Shown: piece after piece, positions 1 through 10,098 of the stretch | Layout: the number at the start of each line of letters is the position of its first letter | Numbering within the stretch: the stretch's first letter is position 1 | NCBI GenBank assembly: GCA_965223345.1 | Contig: CBDCWG010000012.1 | Span: forward strand, 2,560,001 to 2,624,000 | Source: Nitrospinales bacterium | GTDB lineage: Bacteria > Nitrospinota > Nitrospinia > Nitrospinales > VA-1 | Length of the DNA stretch: 64,000 nucleotides | Direction of reading: 5' to 3' | Made by a program: the position numbers and the translations under genes | The notes under the pieces: generated by a model | Seen by the model: the letters and a program-made list of their open reading frames with translations, nothing else | Told to the model about the DNA's origin: nothing | Database searches by the model: none

Positions 1-174
1 CGGAAGCGTGAAGCCGGGCAGAAAAAGGGTGTTTTCCCGTTGCGTCCGGAGCGTCTCGTACAGCTCCCGCTCGTAGACCCAGAGCGAGACGCGATGGCCT
101 TTGTTCGCCAGAAGCAGGGCGAGTGCGGTGCCCCAGCTTCCGGCCCCGATGACGCCGATGGTTTCAGGAGACAT
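1..174 (-). CDS. gpsA: NAD(P)H-dependent glycerol-3-phosphate dehydrogenase, 5' part (runs off window)
   Basis: Manual translation MSPETIGVIGAGSWGTALALLLANKGHRVSLWVYE...RENTLFLPG; GAGSWGTALA Rossmann motif and the N-x-x-[YF]LPG motif of GpsA. Confidence 0.9.
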   Translation of the reverse strand, partial: MSPETIGVIGAGSWGTALALLLANKGHRVSLWVYERELYETLRTQRENTLFLPGFTLP

Positions 175-405
175 GGATGCGTGCTGGATGTGGGTTGGAA
201 ACTTTGCTAAATCAACCGCATTATAGCTAATTTACCGCAGCTTACCAAAACCTGATTTGGGCCGGATTTGCGCCCGAAAAATACCTTGTACGCATATTGC
301 TTTTTGTGATTAAATTGAGTACAACCATTTGACATACAACCTTTTGCCGTATTTTCACCCCACGGCGGCCTCTTCAGTCCGTCCCAACCCTAAAATCAGG
401 ATAGC

Positions 406-1095
406 ATGGCTCGACGCGAAAAGATTTCCCGCAAGGAACTGCTCAAGGAACCCGACCAATTTTTAACCACGACCGAGAAGGTGGCGGAGTTTTTCACGGA
501 CCGCGGGCCGATGATCCTGAGCGTGCTGCTCGGGGTGGTGGTCGTCGTCGCCGCGGTGCTGGGGTTCAAGTACAACCGCAAGGTGACACACCTGGAAAAT
601 GAATCGCTGTATTTCCAGATGCAGAAGATCCAGGCCAAGGCCAAGGACCAGAAGTCTGAGGAAGTGCTGGCGCAACTGAAAGGGCTGCACAAGCAGTTCA
701 GCTCCGGGCCGCAGAAAAACCGCGCCGACCTGTTGCTGGCCGGCAGTTATTACCAGAACGGCAACCACGACGAGGCGCTGGCGCTTTATTCGGGCATTCT
801 CGAAGACTCGCCCGCGGGCCATCTTTCCCACCAGCTGGCGCGGGTCGGAATGGCGACAGTGTATGAAGGCAAAAAGGAGTATGCTAAAGCGATGGAGATC
901 TACAAATCCATCATCGACAACCCCAACGGCTATCCCCTGTTTTCGATCTACCTGGGACTGGCGCGCTGTTACGAGCTGAGCCAGGATTCGGAGAACGCCT
1001 TGAAGGTCTTAAGGGAAGCCAAAGCCAAATTTCACGATCATCCGATGGCGGCCCGCATCGACCGCAAGATCAAAATGCTGTCCGGCACGGCCTGA
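406..1095 (+). CDS. Membrane-anchored TPR protein (YfgM-like)
   Basis: One N-terminal TM helix followed by TPR-like helical repeats (A..YY..G..DEAL..Y). Confidence 0.8.
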   Translation: MARREKISRKELLKEPDQFLTTTEKVAEFFTDRGPMILSVLLGVVVVVAAVLGFKYNRKVTHLENESLYFQMQKIQAKAKDQKSEEVLAQLKGLHKQFSSGPQKNRADLLLAGSYYQNGNHDEALALYSGILEDSPAGHLSHQLARVGMATVYEGKKEYAKAMEIYKSIIDNPNGYPLFSIYLGLARCYELSQDSENALKVLREAKAKFHDHPMAARIDRKIKMLSGTA

Positions 1096-1110
1096 TCCCT
1101 CACTTTCACC

Positions 1111-2190
1111 ATGAACAGGACGTTCTCGCACAAACGACGCCCTCGTTTTTTCCTCTGCGCGGTTTTTTCCCTGCTGTGCGCGTTTTTGTATTTTGCCGTT
1201 CCCGCTTTATCGGTTCCGTTCATCAGCAAGGAAACCGAACTCTCGCTCGGCAAAGGGGCGGACAAGCAGGTGCTGCAGCAGTACGGCATCTACCAGGACA
1301 AAGCCCTGCAACTGTACGTCAACCGCATTGGCCAGAAGCTGGTTTCCGAGCTGACGGATCGGGAGTTCCACCGGTATTTTTTCAAGCTGGTGGACAGCTC
1401 GGAGATCAACGCCTTCGCCCTGCCCGGCGGCTATGTGTACGTGACGCGCGGCCTGCTGGCGGCGCTCAACAGCGAAGCGGAACTGGCCGGCGTGCTGGGG
1501 CATGAGATCGCCCACGTCACCAAGCACCACGGCGCCAAGATGCTGGTGCGCAGCATCGGCGCGCAGATCCTGAGCATCGGCGGCGCCATCGCCAGCCCCA
1601 AGAACGCCGGCAAATGGATCGTCGTGAGCTCCGCCATGTTCCAGCAGATCAACCTCGGCTACGGCCGCGAGGCGGAAATCGAATCGGACGGGCAGGGGAT
1701 GCTGAACGCCACCGAGGCGGGCTACGATCCGCAGGGGATGGTTGACTTCCTCAGGAATCTCAGGCGGCAGGAAATCATGACCGGACAGGCGTACCACAGT
1801 TTTCAGGCGACGCACCCGGACACCAAGGACCGCATCATCAAGGCCGGCGTCATGGCGGAAGGGTTGCGGCGCAAAAACAAAAATCTCGTCTTCAACCGGG
1901 AGGTGTACCTCTCGCAGCTGAAAGGCCTCACCTACGGCGGCAAACGGCACACGAAAGACGACCGCCGCTATGAAGATCAATACATCGACATTTACGAAGT
2001 CAAACCCGGAGACACCTTCCAGAGCATCGCCCACAAAGAGCTCAAGGACAAGCAAAAGGATCTCGATATCACCGTGCTCAACGGCCGCAAAGAGAACAGC
2101 CAGCCCAAACCCGGCGAGCTGATCAAGCTCGTCCGCAAGGGGACTTACAAGAAAAATAGAAGTTTGAATCTCGCCCCCGATTCCCCTTGA
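1111..2190 (+). CDS. M48 family zinc metalloprotease with C-terminal LysM-like domain
   Basis: INAFALPGG, HEIAH zinc motif, THP motif; C-terminal YEVKPGDTFQSIA resembles LysM. Confidence 0.9.
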   Translation: MNRTFSHKRRPRFFLCAVFSLLCAFLYFAVPALSVPFISKETELSLGKGADKQVLQQYGIYQDKALQLYVNRIGQKLVSELTDREFHRYFFKLVDSSEINAFALPGGYVYVTRGLLAALNSEAELAGVLGHEIAHVTKHHGAKMLVRSIGAQILSIGGAIASPKNAGKWIVVSSAMFQQINLGYGREAEIESDGQGMLNATEAGYDPQGMVDFLRNLRRQEIMTGQAYHSFQATHPDTKDRIIKAGVMAEGLRRKNKNLVFNREVYLSQLKGLTYGGKRHTKDDRRYEDQYIDIYEVKPGDTFQSIAHKELKDKQKDLDITVLNGRKENSQPKPGELIKLVRKGTYKKNRSLNLAPDSP

Positions 2191-2196
2191 TATTCG

Positions 2197-2373
2197 ATGG
2201 AAAAAATTATTACATTAGAAAAAACCTGCACCGTCTTTATCAAGCAGGGGGGCGAAGTCTGCAATCGCCTGAAAAGCGGAACGCGGGTGACCGCAGTCCA
2301 GCAGCGCGACGGCTGGATCAAGATCACCTGGCGTAACGGAAAGAAAAAAGGCTGGATCCAGACCCCGTCCTGA
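2197..2373 (+). CDS. 58-aa SH3b-like protein (absent from ORF track)
   Basis: Manual translation MEKIITLEKTCTVFIKQGGEVCNRLKSGTRVTAVQQRDGWIKITWRNGKKKGWIQTPS; starts 7 bp after the M48 stop; L..G..V......GW..I......GWI pattern. Confidence 0.7.
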   Translation: MEKIITLEKTCTVFIKQGGEVCNRLKSGTRVTAVQQRDGWIKITWRNGKKKGWIQTPS

Positions 2374-2482
2374 ATCACCGCATCCCTGGACGACGCCCGC
2401 CATCGACGCGCCGTCAGGAAACCAATGGAAAAAGAACACCGTTTCTTTTTACTGTCCAACCCTAATTTTTTGTGGCCCGGCC

Positions 2483-2674
2483 ATGAGCACTCGAAATTTG
2501 GACGACCTTGACGACGAAGAATTGCTGAGTCTGTTCGATTCGACCAAGAAGCTTCTCGAAGCGGGGAAGGAAAAAGAGGAGTCTTCCATCCGGAAAAAAA
2601 TCGCCAGCATTCAGCAGCGACTCACCACCATCGAGCAGGAAATGAGGATGCGGAGCCTATGGGACGGCGATTGA
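2483..2674 (+). CDS. Small helical/coiled-coil hypothetical protein
   Basis: 63-aa ORF with natural charged helical composition, fills the gap before the terminator. Confidence 0.65.
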   Translation: MSTRNLDDLDDEELLSLFDSTKKLLEAGKEKEESSIRKKIASIQQRLTTIEQEMRMRSLWDGD

Positions 2675-2706
2675 CCTGCTGAAAGATTCCATTCGATTGC
2701 AAATGC

Positions 2707-2743
2707 AAAAAAAACGGCCCTGCTCCGGGGAGGAACAGGGCCG
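2707..2743 (-). terminator. Rho-independent terminator of aconitase
   Basis: CGGCCCTG...CAGGGCCG stem followed by a T8 tract on the minus strand, about 30 bp after the stop. Confidence 0.85.
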
Positions 2744-2772
2744 GGTGATACCGTTGTCTCACTGCGTCCGGA

Positions 2773-5031
2773 TTATTTTTTCTGCTGACCCACAAAATTG
2801 AGGGCCGATCCGGCCTTGAACCAGCCGATCTCTTTTTCGTTCAGCGTGTGGTTCACCTGCAGGCTGTCCGACGAACCGTCCGCGTGCTTGACGACCATGG
2901 TCACGGGCTTGCCCGGCGCCAGGTTGTCGAGCCCTTCGAACGTGATCTGATCCTTCTCCTGAATCTTCTCGTAGTCGGCCTTGTCGCTGAAAGTGAAGGG
3001 CAGCACACCCTGCTTTTTCAAGTTGGCCTCGAAGATGCGGGCGTAGGAATTGGCGACAAACGCAAGGCAGCCCATGTGACGGGGCTCCATGGCGGCGTGC
3101 TCGCGGCTGGAACCTTCGCCGAGATTCTCGTCGCCGAACACCACCCACCCCTGTCCACTTTCTTTGAGGCTGCGGGCGATTTTATTCAATTCCACGTTCG
3201 ATTCCCCGTTGGAGGGATGGTTGCCGGTTCCGGTTTCGCCGGTGAAGGCGTTGGTGGCTCCCAGGAACATGTTGTTGGAGATGTTGTCCAGGTGGCCGCG
3301 GAACTTGAGCCACGGGCCCGCCTGCGAGATGTGGTCGGTGGTGCATTTGCCCTTGGCTTTGAGAAGCACGGGCAGATCCTGGTAGTCCTTCACCGGGTCC
3401 TGCTTGGGGAAGGGTTCGAGGAACGCCAGCCGCTCACTGGCCGGGTTGATGACCACTTCGCCGGACATCGTCGGCGCTTCGTAGCCGCTGTCTTTAGACG
3501 CATAGCCGTTCGACGGCAGGATCTCCCCCTGAGGCGGCTGGAACTTGAAGTCCTTGCCGTTCTTGTCTTTCAGGGTGTCGGTCAGCGGGTTGAACTTCAT
3601 CGAGCCGGAAAACGCCATGGCCACGACGAGCTCGGGGCTGCTGATGAAGCCCAGCGTTTCCGGATTGCCGTCGTTTCTCTTGGCGAAGTTGCGGTTGTAG
3701 GAGGTGATGATGCTGTTCTTGTCCCCCTTCTTGATGTCGTCCCGCTTCCATTGACCAATGCAGGGTCCGCAGGCGTTGGCGAGAACCGTGGCGCCCACTT
3801 CCTCGAAATTCTTCAGAATGCCGTCCCGCTTGATGGTCTCGAAGATCTGCTCGGAACCGGGGGTGACCATGAAATTGGTCTGGGCCTTGAGCCCCGCTTC
3901 CTTGGCCTGCTGAACCAGGCTGTTGGCGCGGGTCAGGTCCTCGTAGCTGGAGTTGGTACAGCTGCCGATGAGGGCCGCGGAGATCTTCTCCGGATAGTCT
4001 TTCTCGTCCACCTCGGAGCTCATGGCGCTCACCGGGCGGCCCAGGTCGGGCGTGTGCGGGCCGACGATGTGCGGCTCGAGGGTGGCGAGATCGATTTCGT
4101 GGTACTCGTCGTAGTATTTTTCCGGATCGGCTTCGACTTCCGGATCGGACTTGAGGAATTCCGCGTACTTTTTACAGAGGTCCGCAACCGGTGCGCGGCC
4201 GGTGGCGCGCAGATACGGGTCCATGGTCTCGTCGTAGCCGAAAATGGACGTGGTGGCGCCGATTTCCGCGCCCATATTGGTGACAGTGCCCTTGCTGGTG
4301 GCGCTCAGGGATTGGGCGCCTTCGCCGAAGTACTCGAGGATCTTGCCGGTGCCGCCTTTGACGGTCAGCATGGTGGCGACCTTGAGGATGACGTCCTTGG
4401 AAGCGGTCCAGCCGCTCATTTTGCCTTTCAGCTTGATGCCCACCAGTTTCGGCATTTTGGTCATGAAGGGCTGTCCGGTCATGACATCGACCGCGTCCGC
4501 GCCGCCGACGCCGATGGCGATGGTACCCATGCCGCCCGCGTTGGGGGTGTGGGAGTCGGTGCCGATCATCATGGTGCCGGGCACGGCGTAGTTTTCGTAC
4601 ACCACCTGGTGAATGATGCCGGAGCCGGGCTTCCAGAAGCCCATGCCGTACTTCATGGCGGCGGAACGGAGAAATTCGTACACTTCCTTGTTGGTTTCCT
4701 CGGCGGCCTTCAGGTCCGCCATCGATCCGGTGTAAGCCTGGATCAGGTGGTCACAGTGCACGGTGGTCGGCACGGCCACTTTCGGCATTTTGGCGGACAT
4801 GAACTGCAGAATGGCCATCTGGGCGGTGGCGTCCTGCATGGCCACGCGGTCCGGGTTGAGATAGACGTTGGAGCTGCCGCGCTCCAGTTTGGAAAAATCC
4901 GTCGGTTCCATATGGGAGTAGAGAATTTTTTCGACGATCGTGAGGTTTCGGCCCAGGTTTTTTCGGGCATCCGAGTGGATTTTTTCCAGAGATTGAAATA
5001 ACTTTTCAATGGGTTCAATTTCCAATAACAT
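2773..5031 (-). CDS. acn: Aconitate hydratase (mitochondrial-like type)
   Basis: DRVAMQDATAQMA, HCDHLIQA, GTDSHTPN, IGSCTNSSYED, NACGPCIGQW, TTDHIS, GEGSSREHAA motifs. Confidence 0.97.
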   Translation of the reverse strand: MLLEIEPIEKLFQSLEKIHSDARKNLGRNLTIVEKILYSHMEPTDFSKLERGSSNVYLNPDRVAMQDATAQMAILQFMSAKMPKVAVPTTVHCDHLIQAYTGSMADLKAAEETNKEVYEFLRSAAMKYGMGFWKPGSGIIHQVVYENYAVPGTMMIGTDSHTPNAGGMGTIAIGVGGADAVDVMTGQPFMTKMPKLVGIKLKGKMSGWTASKDVILKVATMLTVKGGTGKILEYFGEGAQSLSATSKGTVTNMGAEIGATTSIFGYDETMDPYLRATGRAPVADLCKKYAEFLKSDPEVEADPEKYYDEYHEIDLATLEPHIVGPHTPDLGRPVSAMSSEVDEKDYPEKISAALIGSCTNSSYEDLTRANSLVQQAKEAGLKAQTNFMVTPGSEQIFETIKRDGILKNFEEVGATVLANACGPCIGQWKRDDIKKGDKNSIITSYNRNFAKRNDGNPETLGFISSPELVVAMAFSGSMKFNPLTDTLKDKNGKDFKFQPPQGEILPSNGYASKDSGYEAPTMSGEVVINPASERLAFLEPFPKQDPVKDYQDLPVLLKAKGKCTTDHISQAGPWLKFRGHLDNISNNMFLGATNAFTGETGTGNHPSNGESNVELNKIARSLKESGQGWVVFGDENLGEGSSREHAAMEPRHMGCLAFVANSYARIFEANLKKQGVLPFTFSDKADYEKIQEKDQITFEGLDNLAPGKPVTMVVKHADGSSDSLQVNHTLNEKEIGWFKAGSALNFVGQQKK

Positions 5032-5268
5032 TTGTTTTCACCTTTTCAAGATATGGTTGATCCTTGTGACCGACATTAAAAAAACCTGCTGGCAGGCCGT
5101 GAAAAAACGCTACGGACAACGAATAGTGGCTTTGGATGGCCCGATTTTACATGATTCATCGCAAATTTCAATTCTTTTCAGATGCATCGGGGCGGCGAAA
5201 GTTTCTTCAACTGAGGCTGAAAATTCAAAAATTTATAATTTTTTCCGCGAATAGCGTATAGTAACCGC

Positions 5269-6045
5269 ATGCCCTCGATTTTCGACTCCGCCGCGTTCAA
5301 CCAGAACCTGTTTTTTCCGCGTTCCGACGGCGCGCCCACTCCCCGGAATACGGAAGAGTTTTTCATCCCCGTGGACGATGCGGTGCAGGTGCACGCCCGC
5401 CGCTATCTCGCGCCCGATTCCGGTTTCAGCCTGTTGTTTTTTCACGGCAACGGCGAGATCGTCTCCGATTACGACGGGCTGAGCGAGGTGTTTTCGCAGC
5501 TGGGAGGGGAACTGACGGTCTGCGATTACCGGGGCTACGGCAAGAGCGAGGGAACGCCCACGCTGCGGACGACGCTTCAGGATGCGCATGCGATCTACAA
5601 GTACCTGAAGGAAAACGGCAAACTGAAGGACCGGGTTTGTGTGATGGGCCGCTCTCTGGGCAGCGCCCCCGCCATCGAGCTGTGTTCCTCGTATCCGGAA
5701 ATCGCCGCCTGTGTGCTGGAAAGCGGCTACGCCGATCCCATTCCGCTGGTGGAGCGGCGCGGGCTCAAGATCGACGCCATCACGGACGAAGAGGACCGGC
5801 TGTTCAACAACAGCACGAAAATAAAGAAACTGGCCTGCCCCCTGCTGGTCATGCATGGGGAGGAGGATTTTCTCATCGGTCCGCATGAGGCGAGGCTCAA
5901 CCACGAGCAGGCCGGCTCCCGGGTGAAGTACCTGGAAATCCTGGAAGGGGTGGGGCACAACGACATGATGATGGCCCCCGATCATGGCTATTTCGCCTGC
6001 TTGAAGCATTTTTTCGACGCACACCTGGTGGGTGGGCCTAGCTAA
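5269..6045 (+). CDS. Alpha/beta hydrolase (ABHD13/BEM46-like)
   Basis: FFHGNGE, DYRGYGKSEG, GRSLG nucleophile elbow, HGEED, GHND. Confidence 0.9.
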   Translation: MPSIFDSAAFNQNLFFPRSDGAPTPRNTEEFFIPVDDAVQVHARRYLAPDSGFSLLFFHGNGEIVSDYDGLSEVFSQLGGELTVCDYRGYGKSEGTPTLRTTLQDAHAIYKYLKENGKLKDRVCVMGRSLGSAPAIELCSSYPEIAACVLESGYADPIPLVERRGLKIDAITDEEDRLFNNSTKIKKLACPLLVMHGEEDFLIGPHEARLNHEQAGSRVKYLEILEGVGHNDMMMAPDHGYFACLKHFFDAHLVGGPS

Positions 6046-6057
6046 ACAGGAAGATTC

Positions 6058-7251
6058 ATGCAGAAAAAGTTCTACAACATCGAAGGTCTCATCCGTAACG
6101 GCTTCAAGCTCAGCCGGGATTACGAAATCCTCGATTTCCATTTCGTGAAGCTCGGGGATCCGGGCGTGCAGGCGCTGGCCAAATCGCGCTCGATCAAGCA
6201 GATCACCCGCCTCACGCTCAGCCACAACAAGCTGGGGCCGGACGCCGCGAAGGCGCTGGCGGAATCCCCGGCGTTGCAGAACCTGCAATCGCTGAAACTC
6301 TATAAAAACAAGATCGGCGACGAAGGCGTGCGCTACCTGTGCGAGTCGGAAAAATTTCCGAGCCTGCAATCGCTGCGGCTGGCGTGGAACGAAATCGGTC
6401 CCGAAGGCGCGCGCCATGTGGCGGAGTGCGAAAAACTACAGGGGTTGACGTCTCTCAGCCTGGCGGAGAACAAGATCGGCGATGCGGGGATGAAGCATCT
6501 GGCCGGGGCGCAGGGGTTTCCCAACCTGGAATACCTGGATGTGCGCAAAAACGGCATCACCGACGCCGGCGCCAAAGAGATGGTGCAGGCGAAGGGATAC
6601 CCGAAGCTGCAGTCGATCGACATCTCGGACAACCCCATCACGCAGGAAGGCAGGGACGCGATTTCCGGTTTCCTGATCCTGAACCTGATCCGCCACCGCC
6701 TGAACGAAGACAAGAGCGTGCTGGATCTCAGCAAGCTCGGCATCGGCGATCTGGAATGCAAGTACATCGCTGAATGCGAGGAGCTGGAAAACCTCGACAA
6801 GCTGTATCTGGAGATCAACAAGATCACGGCGGAAGGGGTGCGGCATCTGGCCGCCTCGCCGTACCTGAAAAACCTCACACTGCTGTCGCTGGACCGCAAC
6901 CCGATCAAGGACGAGGGCGTGACGGCGATCGCCGAATCCGAAACCTTCGAAAATCTCAAGATCCTAATGATCGAGTTCACCGGCCTCACCGACGCCGGAC
7001 TGATCGCCATCGCCGAATCCGAACACATGGCGAAAATGCTCCGTCTCTATATCGAGTCCAACCAGTACACCGATGAGGGATTTTACGCGCTGGGCGAGTC
7101 GGAACACCTGACCGAACTGGAATATCCCGAGTTCGAGCGCGAGGAAGAGATCGTCGAGGAAGAGGAAGACGAGGAAGAATTCGAAGAGGTCGAGGAAATC
7201 GTCGAGGTGGAAGAAGAGGAAGACCTCGACGATGCGGAGTATGAGAAGTGA
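6058..7251 (+). CDS. Leucine-rich repeat protein (RNI/GALA-like) with acidic tail
   Basis: Repeated L..L.L..N.IGD.G...LA units; C-terminal E/D-rich run. Confidence 0.9.
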   Translation: MQKKFYNIEGLIRNGFKLSRDYEILDFHFVKLGDPGVQALAKSRSIKQITRLTLSHNKLGPDAAKALAESPALQNLQSLKLYKNKIGDEGVRYLCESEKFPSLQSLRLAWNEIGPEGARHVAECEKLQGLTSLSLAENKIGDAGMKHLAGAQGFPNLEYLDVRKNGITDAGAKEMVQAKGYPKLQSIDISDNPITQEGRDAISGFLILNLIRHRLNEDKSVLDLSKLGIGDLECKYIAECEELENLDKLYLEINKITAEGVRHLAASPYLKNLTLLSLDRNPIKDEGVTAIAESETFENLKILMIEFTGLTDAGLIAIAESEHMAKMLRLYIESNQYTDEGFYALGESEHLTELEYPEFEREEEIVEEEEDEEEFEEVEEIVEVEEEEDLDDAEYEK

Positions 7252-7266
7252 CCCTCACGCGGGCGG

Positions 7267-9114
7267 TCACGCTTCCAGGTTCTGTTTTTCAGGCAGGAGG
7301 ATTTGAAACACCGTTCCCGCTTCCGGCTGACTTTTCACCTCGATTCTGCCGTTGTGGCGGCTGACGATCTTGTGGCAGAGCGTCAGCCCGATGCCCGTGC
7401 CTTCGTAGTCGCTTTGGCTGTGCAGGCGCTCGAAGGGCCGGAAGATGCGCTCCACATGCGTTTCATCGATGCCGATTCCGTTGTCTTCGACGCTGATCTC
7501 CCACAACCCCTCTTTGCGGAAGCGGCTGTCCAGCCTGACGGCGGGCGGCACGTTTTCCCTGTGAAATTTGAGCGCATTGGCGATCAGGTGCTGGAACAGC
7601 TGCCGCATCTGAAAGGGGTCGGCTTCCAGGACCGGCAGATGCACGACACGCACCCTTGCGCTGCGGCGCTCGATTTCTGTCTGCATGTCGTGCAGGACTT
7701 CCCGGATCACCTCGTTGAGATCGACCTGCTTGAAATGCGACTCTTTCGATCCAACCTCGGTGTACAGCAGGAGATCCTCCAGAAACGTCTGCATCCGGGC
7801 GGCGGCGCTTTGCATGCGCATCAGATAATCCCGCCCGGCAGCGTCCGATTCGGGGACCACGGTTTGCAGGCGGTCGCCGAAGTTGATGATCTTGCGCAGC
7901 GGCTCCTTGAGATCGTGCGATGCGATCGCAACGAAATCCTGCAGTTCCCGGTTGGAGTCCCGCAGTTTTTCCGCATTCTCGCTGCGTTTTTCTTCCGCCC
8001 ACATTCTTTGCAACTCGGCTGCGGCCCGGGAAGCGAACACGGACAGGATGGACTTTGCGTTCTCGATGTCCCGGATGGGTTTGTTGTCCATGATCCCCAG
8101 CAAACCCGACGTCTGTCCCCGGTCGTCGGGCAGGGGAATGCCAATATAACTTTCGATGTCCTTTCCCAAGAGGAACAGACGTTTCGGAAAGTGCGCCTTC
8201 AGGTTTTTCGGGTAGAGGGCGATCTGGTTCGCCGCCACCATTTCAAAAGGCGTGTCCGTGGCTTCGTATTCGATGTTGTTGAGGATTTCTCCGTTTTCGC
8301 ACAGGGCCAGCGTGCGGAACAGGGCGTTGTCGTCCCCTTTGTAAACGCAGATGAACGCATATTTGACGTTCAGAGCCAGCGCGAGGTGGGAAACCAGGGA
8401 TTGGAAGAAATGCCTGCCGCTCGTGGCGGGGGCCGTTCCGGAAGCGATGTAGCGGAGCTGATTGTAAACGGTCCGGTAGCGTTCCTCGCTTTCGCGTATC
8501 TTGTTTTCGGCGTCTTTCCGTTCCGAGATGTTGCGGACCACCGCAAACACCTTGTCTTTGTTCTTTACGGTGAAGGTTCCCGCCGTCAGCTCGGCAGGGA
8601 AGACCGCGCCGCCTTTTCTCCGGTGGTACTGGACGGGAACTTTTCCCATAGAGCGGGCCGGGTTCGGCTGGAAGGCGTCTTCCGGTTCCTCCGGTCCCGC
8701 CGACAGGTCGTCCGGCGAGAGTTGTAAAAATTCCTTACGGGTGTAGCCGTATTCTTTCAGCGCCGCATCGTTGACATCTTCGAACCGGTGGGACTCCACA
8801 TCGAGAATCAATATCGGGTCCGGAATCGACATGAACAGGTGTTTGTGCCGCAGTTCCGTTTCCCGCAACGCGTTGCCAAGCGCCCTGCGTTTGCTTTTTT
8901 CCCGCCAGACCCACAGCGAGGGGAAAATGAGCGCCAGGCCGGAGAAAATGACCGCCGTCCGGACAAACCGCCACTTGTCCTTGTCGTTTTCGGAAGCGTG
9001 GTCGGTGGGAAGCAAGTTCGAGACGTGCTCTTCCAGAAAAAATTCCCAGAAGAAGGACAGCAGGAAAACCGCCAATAAGGTGAGCGTCCAGAACGGCAGG
9101 ATATTTTTTTTCAT
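7267..9114 (-). CDS. Membrane PAS-GAF sensor histidine kinase
   Basis: 2 TM helices, PAS, GAF-like region, H-box ASHDLKEPLR, DNGIGI, GTGIGL. Confidence 0.93.
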   Translation of the reverse strand: MKKNILPFWTLTLLAVFLLSFFWEFFLEEHVSNLLPTDHASENDKDKWRFVRTAVIFSGLALIFPSLWVWREKSKRRALGNALRETELRHKHLFMSIPDPILILDVESHRFEDVNDAALKEYGYTRKEFLQLSPDDLSAGPEEPEDAFQPNPARSMGKVPVQYHRRKGGAVFPAELTAGTFTVKNKDKVFAVVRNISERKDAENKIRESEERYRTVYNQLRYIASGTAPATSGRHFFQSLVSHLALALNVKYAFICVYKGDDNALFRTLALCENGEILNNIEYEATDTPFEMVAANQIALYPKNLKAHFPKRLFLLGKDIESYIGIPLPDDRGQTSGLLGIMDNKPIRDIENAKSILSVFASRAAAELQRMWAEEKRSENAEKLRDSNRELQDFVAIASHDLKEPLRKIINFGDRLQTVVPESDAAGRDYLMRMQSAAARMQTFLEDLLLYTEVGSKESHFKQVDLNEVIREVLHDMQTEIERRSARVRVVHLPVLEADPFQMRQLFQHLIANALKFHRENVPPAVRLDSRFRKEGLWEISVEDNGIGIDETHVERIFRPFERLHSQSDYEGTGIGLTLCHKIVSRHNGRIEVKSQPEAGTVFQILLPEKQNLEA

Positions 9115-9371
9115 GCGCGACCCTCATTGTTAAAAGGGCGGAGGGGGGCTGCGGAAATATATCCTTCTTTCGAATAAATTGCAAGAAGCCGCCGGCATCA
9201 GGAGCAGCATGCGCCGGTTTTGATTGAGGGTGAGGAATTTTCAGAATAAATTCGGATCTCCCCAATCTTTTATACAGTTGGGAATTCCGGCCGGGCGCGG
9301 GAGGGTGCGGGAGATGTGCTACAGTAGGGTGAATCGATTCCGTGCGAACGCTTTGGCGGCAAACGGTGGAA

Positions 9372-9908
9372 TCACCAGGAGGTCATCCACATCTGCCTGG
9401 GGGATTTGCCTTTGAAGATTTCCTGTATGCGTTTGGCGAAATTTTCGTTGCTGAAGGTTTTGGTGTACTGGTCGGAGGGGCCTTTGTACGGGTTCCAGGA
9501 GAGGACCATCCGCTCGACAAACAGCTCGTCCAGCGGAACGTGATGGATCTTGACGATGACGTTGGTCTTGGAATCGACGAGCACCGCGACCATGGAGGGA
9601 TCGTCCTTGGCGAACAGGGCTTCGCAGAAACCGGGCGCTTCCTTCTCCTGCTGCGACGGATTGCAGGGTGCTTCCAGGATCCAGTCCTCGCTGCCGACGG
9701 CGAAGATGGGGATCGAGGGAAATTCGGATTCCTCGCACAGCTTGGCGCGCCACTTCCCCTGCCAGGCTTCGATCTGGGCTTTCGAGGGTTCGGGAAACCG
9801 CCCCACGAGCAGCATGTCGCCGTTGGGGGAGAACGAAAGGCCGCCGCCTTCGCCTTCGATGGCAACGGGGCAGGGCTGGCCTTCTTCGAAGCGGATGGTC
9901 TGTTCCAT
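9372..9908 (-). CDS. Hypothetical protein
   Basis: Coding-like ORF; probable start at MEQTIRF. Confidence 0.7.
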   Translation of the reverse strand: MEQTIRFEEGQPCPVAIEGEGGGLSFSPNGDMLLVGRFPEPSKAQIEAWQGKWRAKLCEESEFPSIPIFAVGSEDWILEAPCNPSQQEKEAPGFCEALFAKDDPSMVAVLVDSKTNVIVKIHHVPLDELFVERMVLSWNPYKGPSDQYTKTFSNENFAKRIQEIFKGKSPRQMWMTSW

Positions 9909-10098
9909 GTTCCGGAAATCCTCAGTTTGCGTTGACGACAGAAATTCATTGTGTTGAACTGGGGTGGCAATGTCAAACAAAATTGCAAACTCCCCGTAAT
10001 TCAAGGATATTGTGGAGGATTCGCCTCAATGGGCTTGAGCGCGGCGCGGCGGTGGGGTATCCTCGCCCATTCCACATCGTTTCCAGAATGAAGGCACC

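Noticed and set aside
2848..5001. Long antisense ORFs (also 34299-36341, 60852-62564, 50358-51674, 7303-8727)
   Set aside because: They are stop-poor shadows opposite well-supported genes, typical of high-GC codon usage, and show no family motifs.
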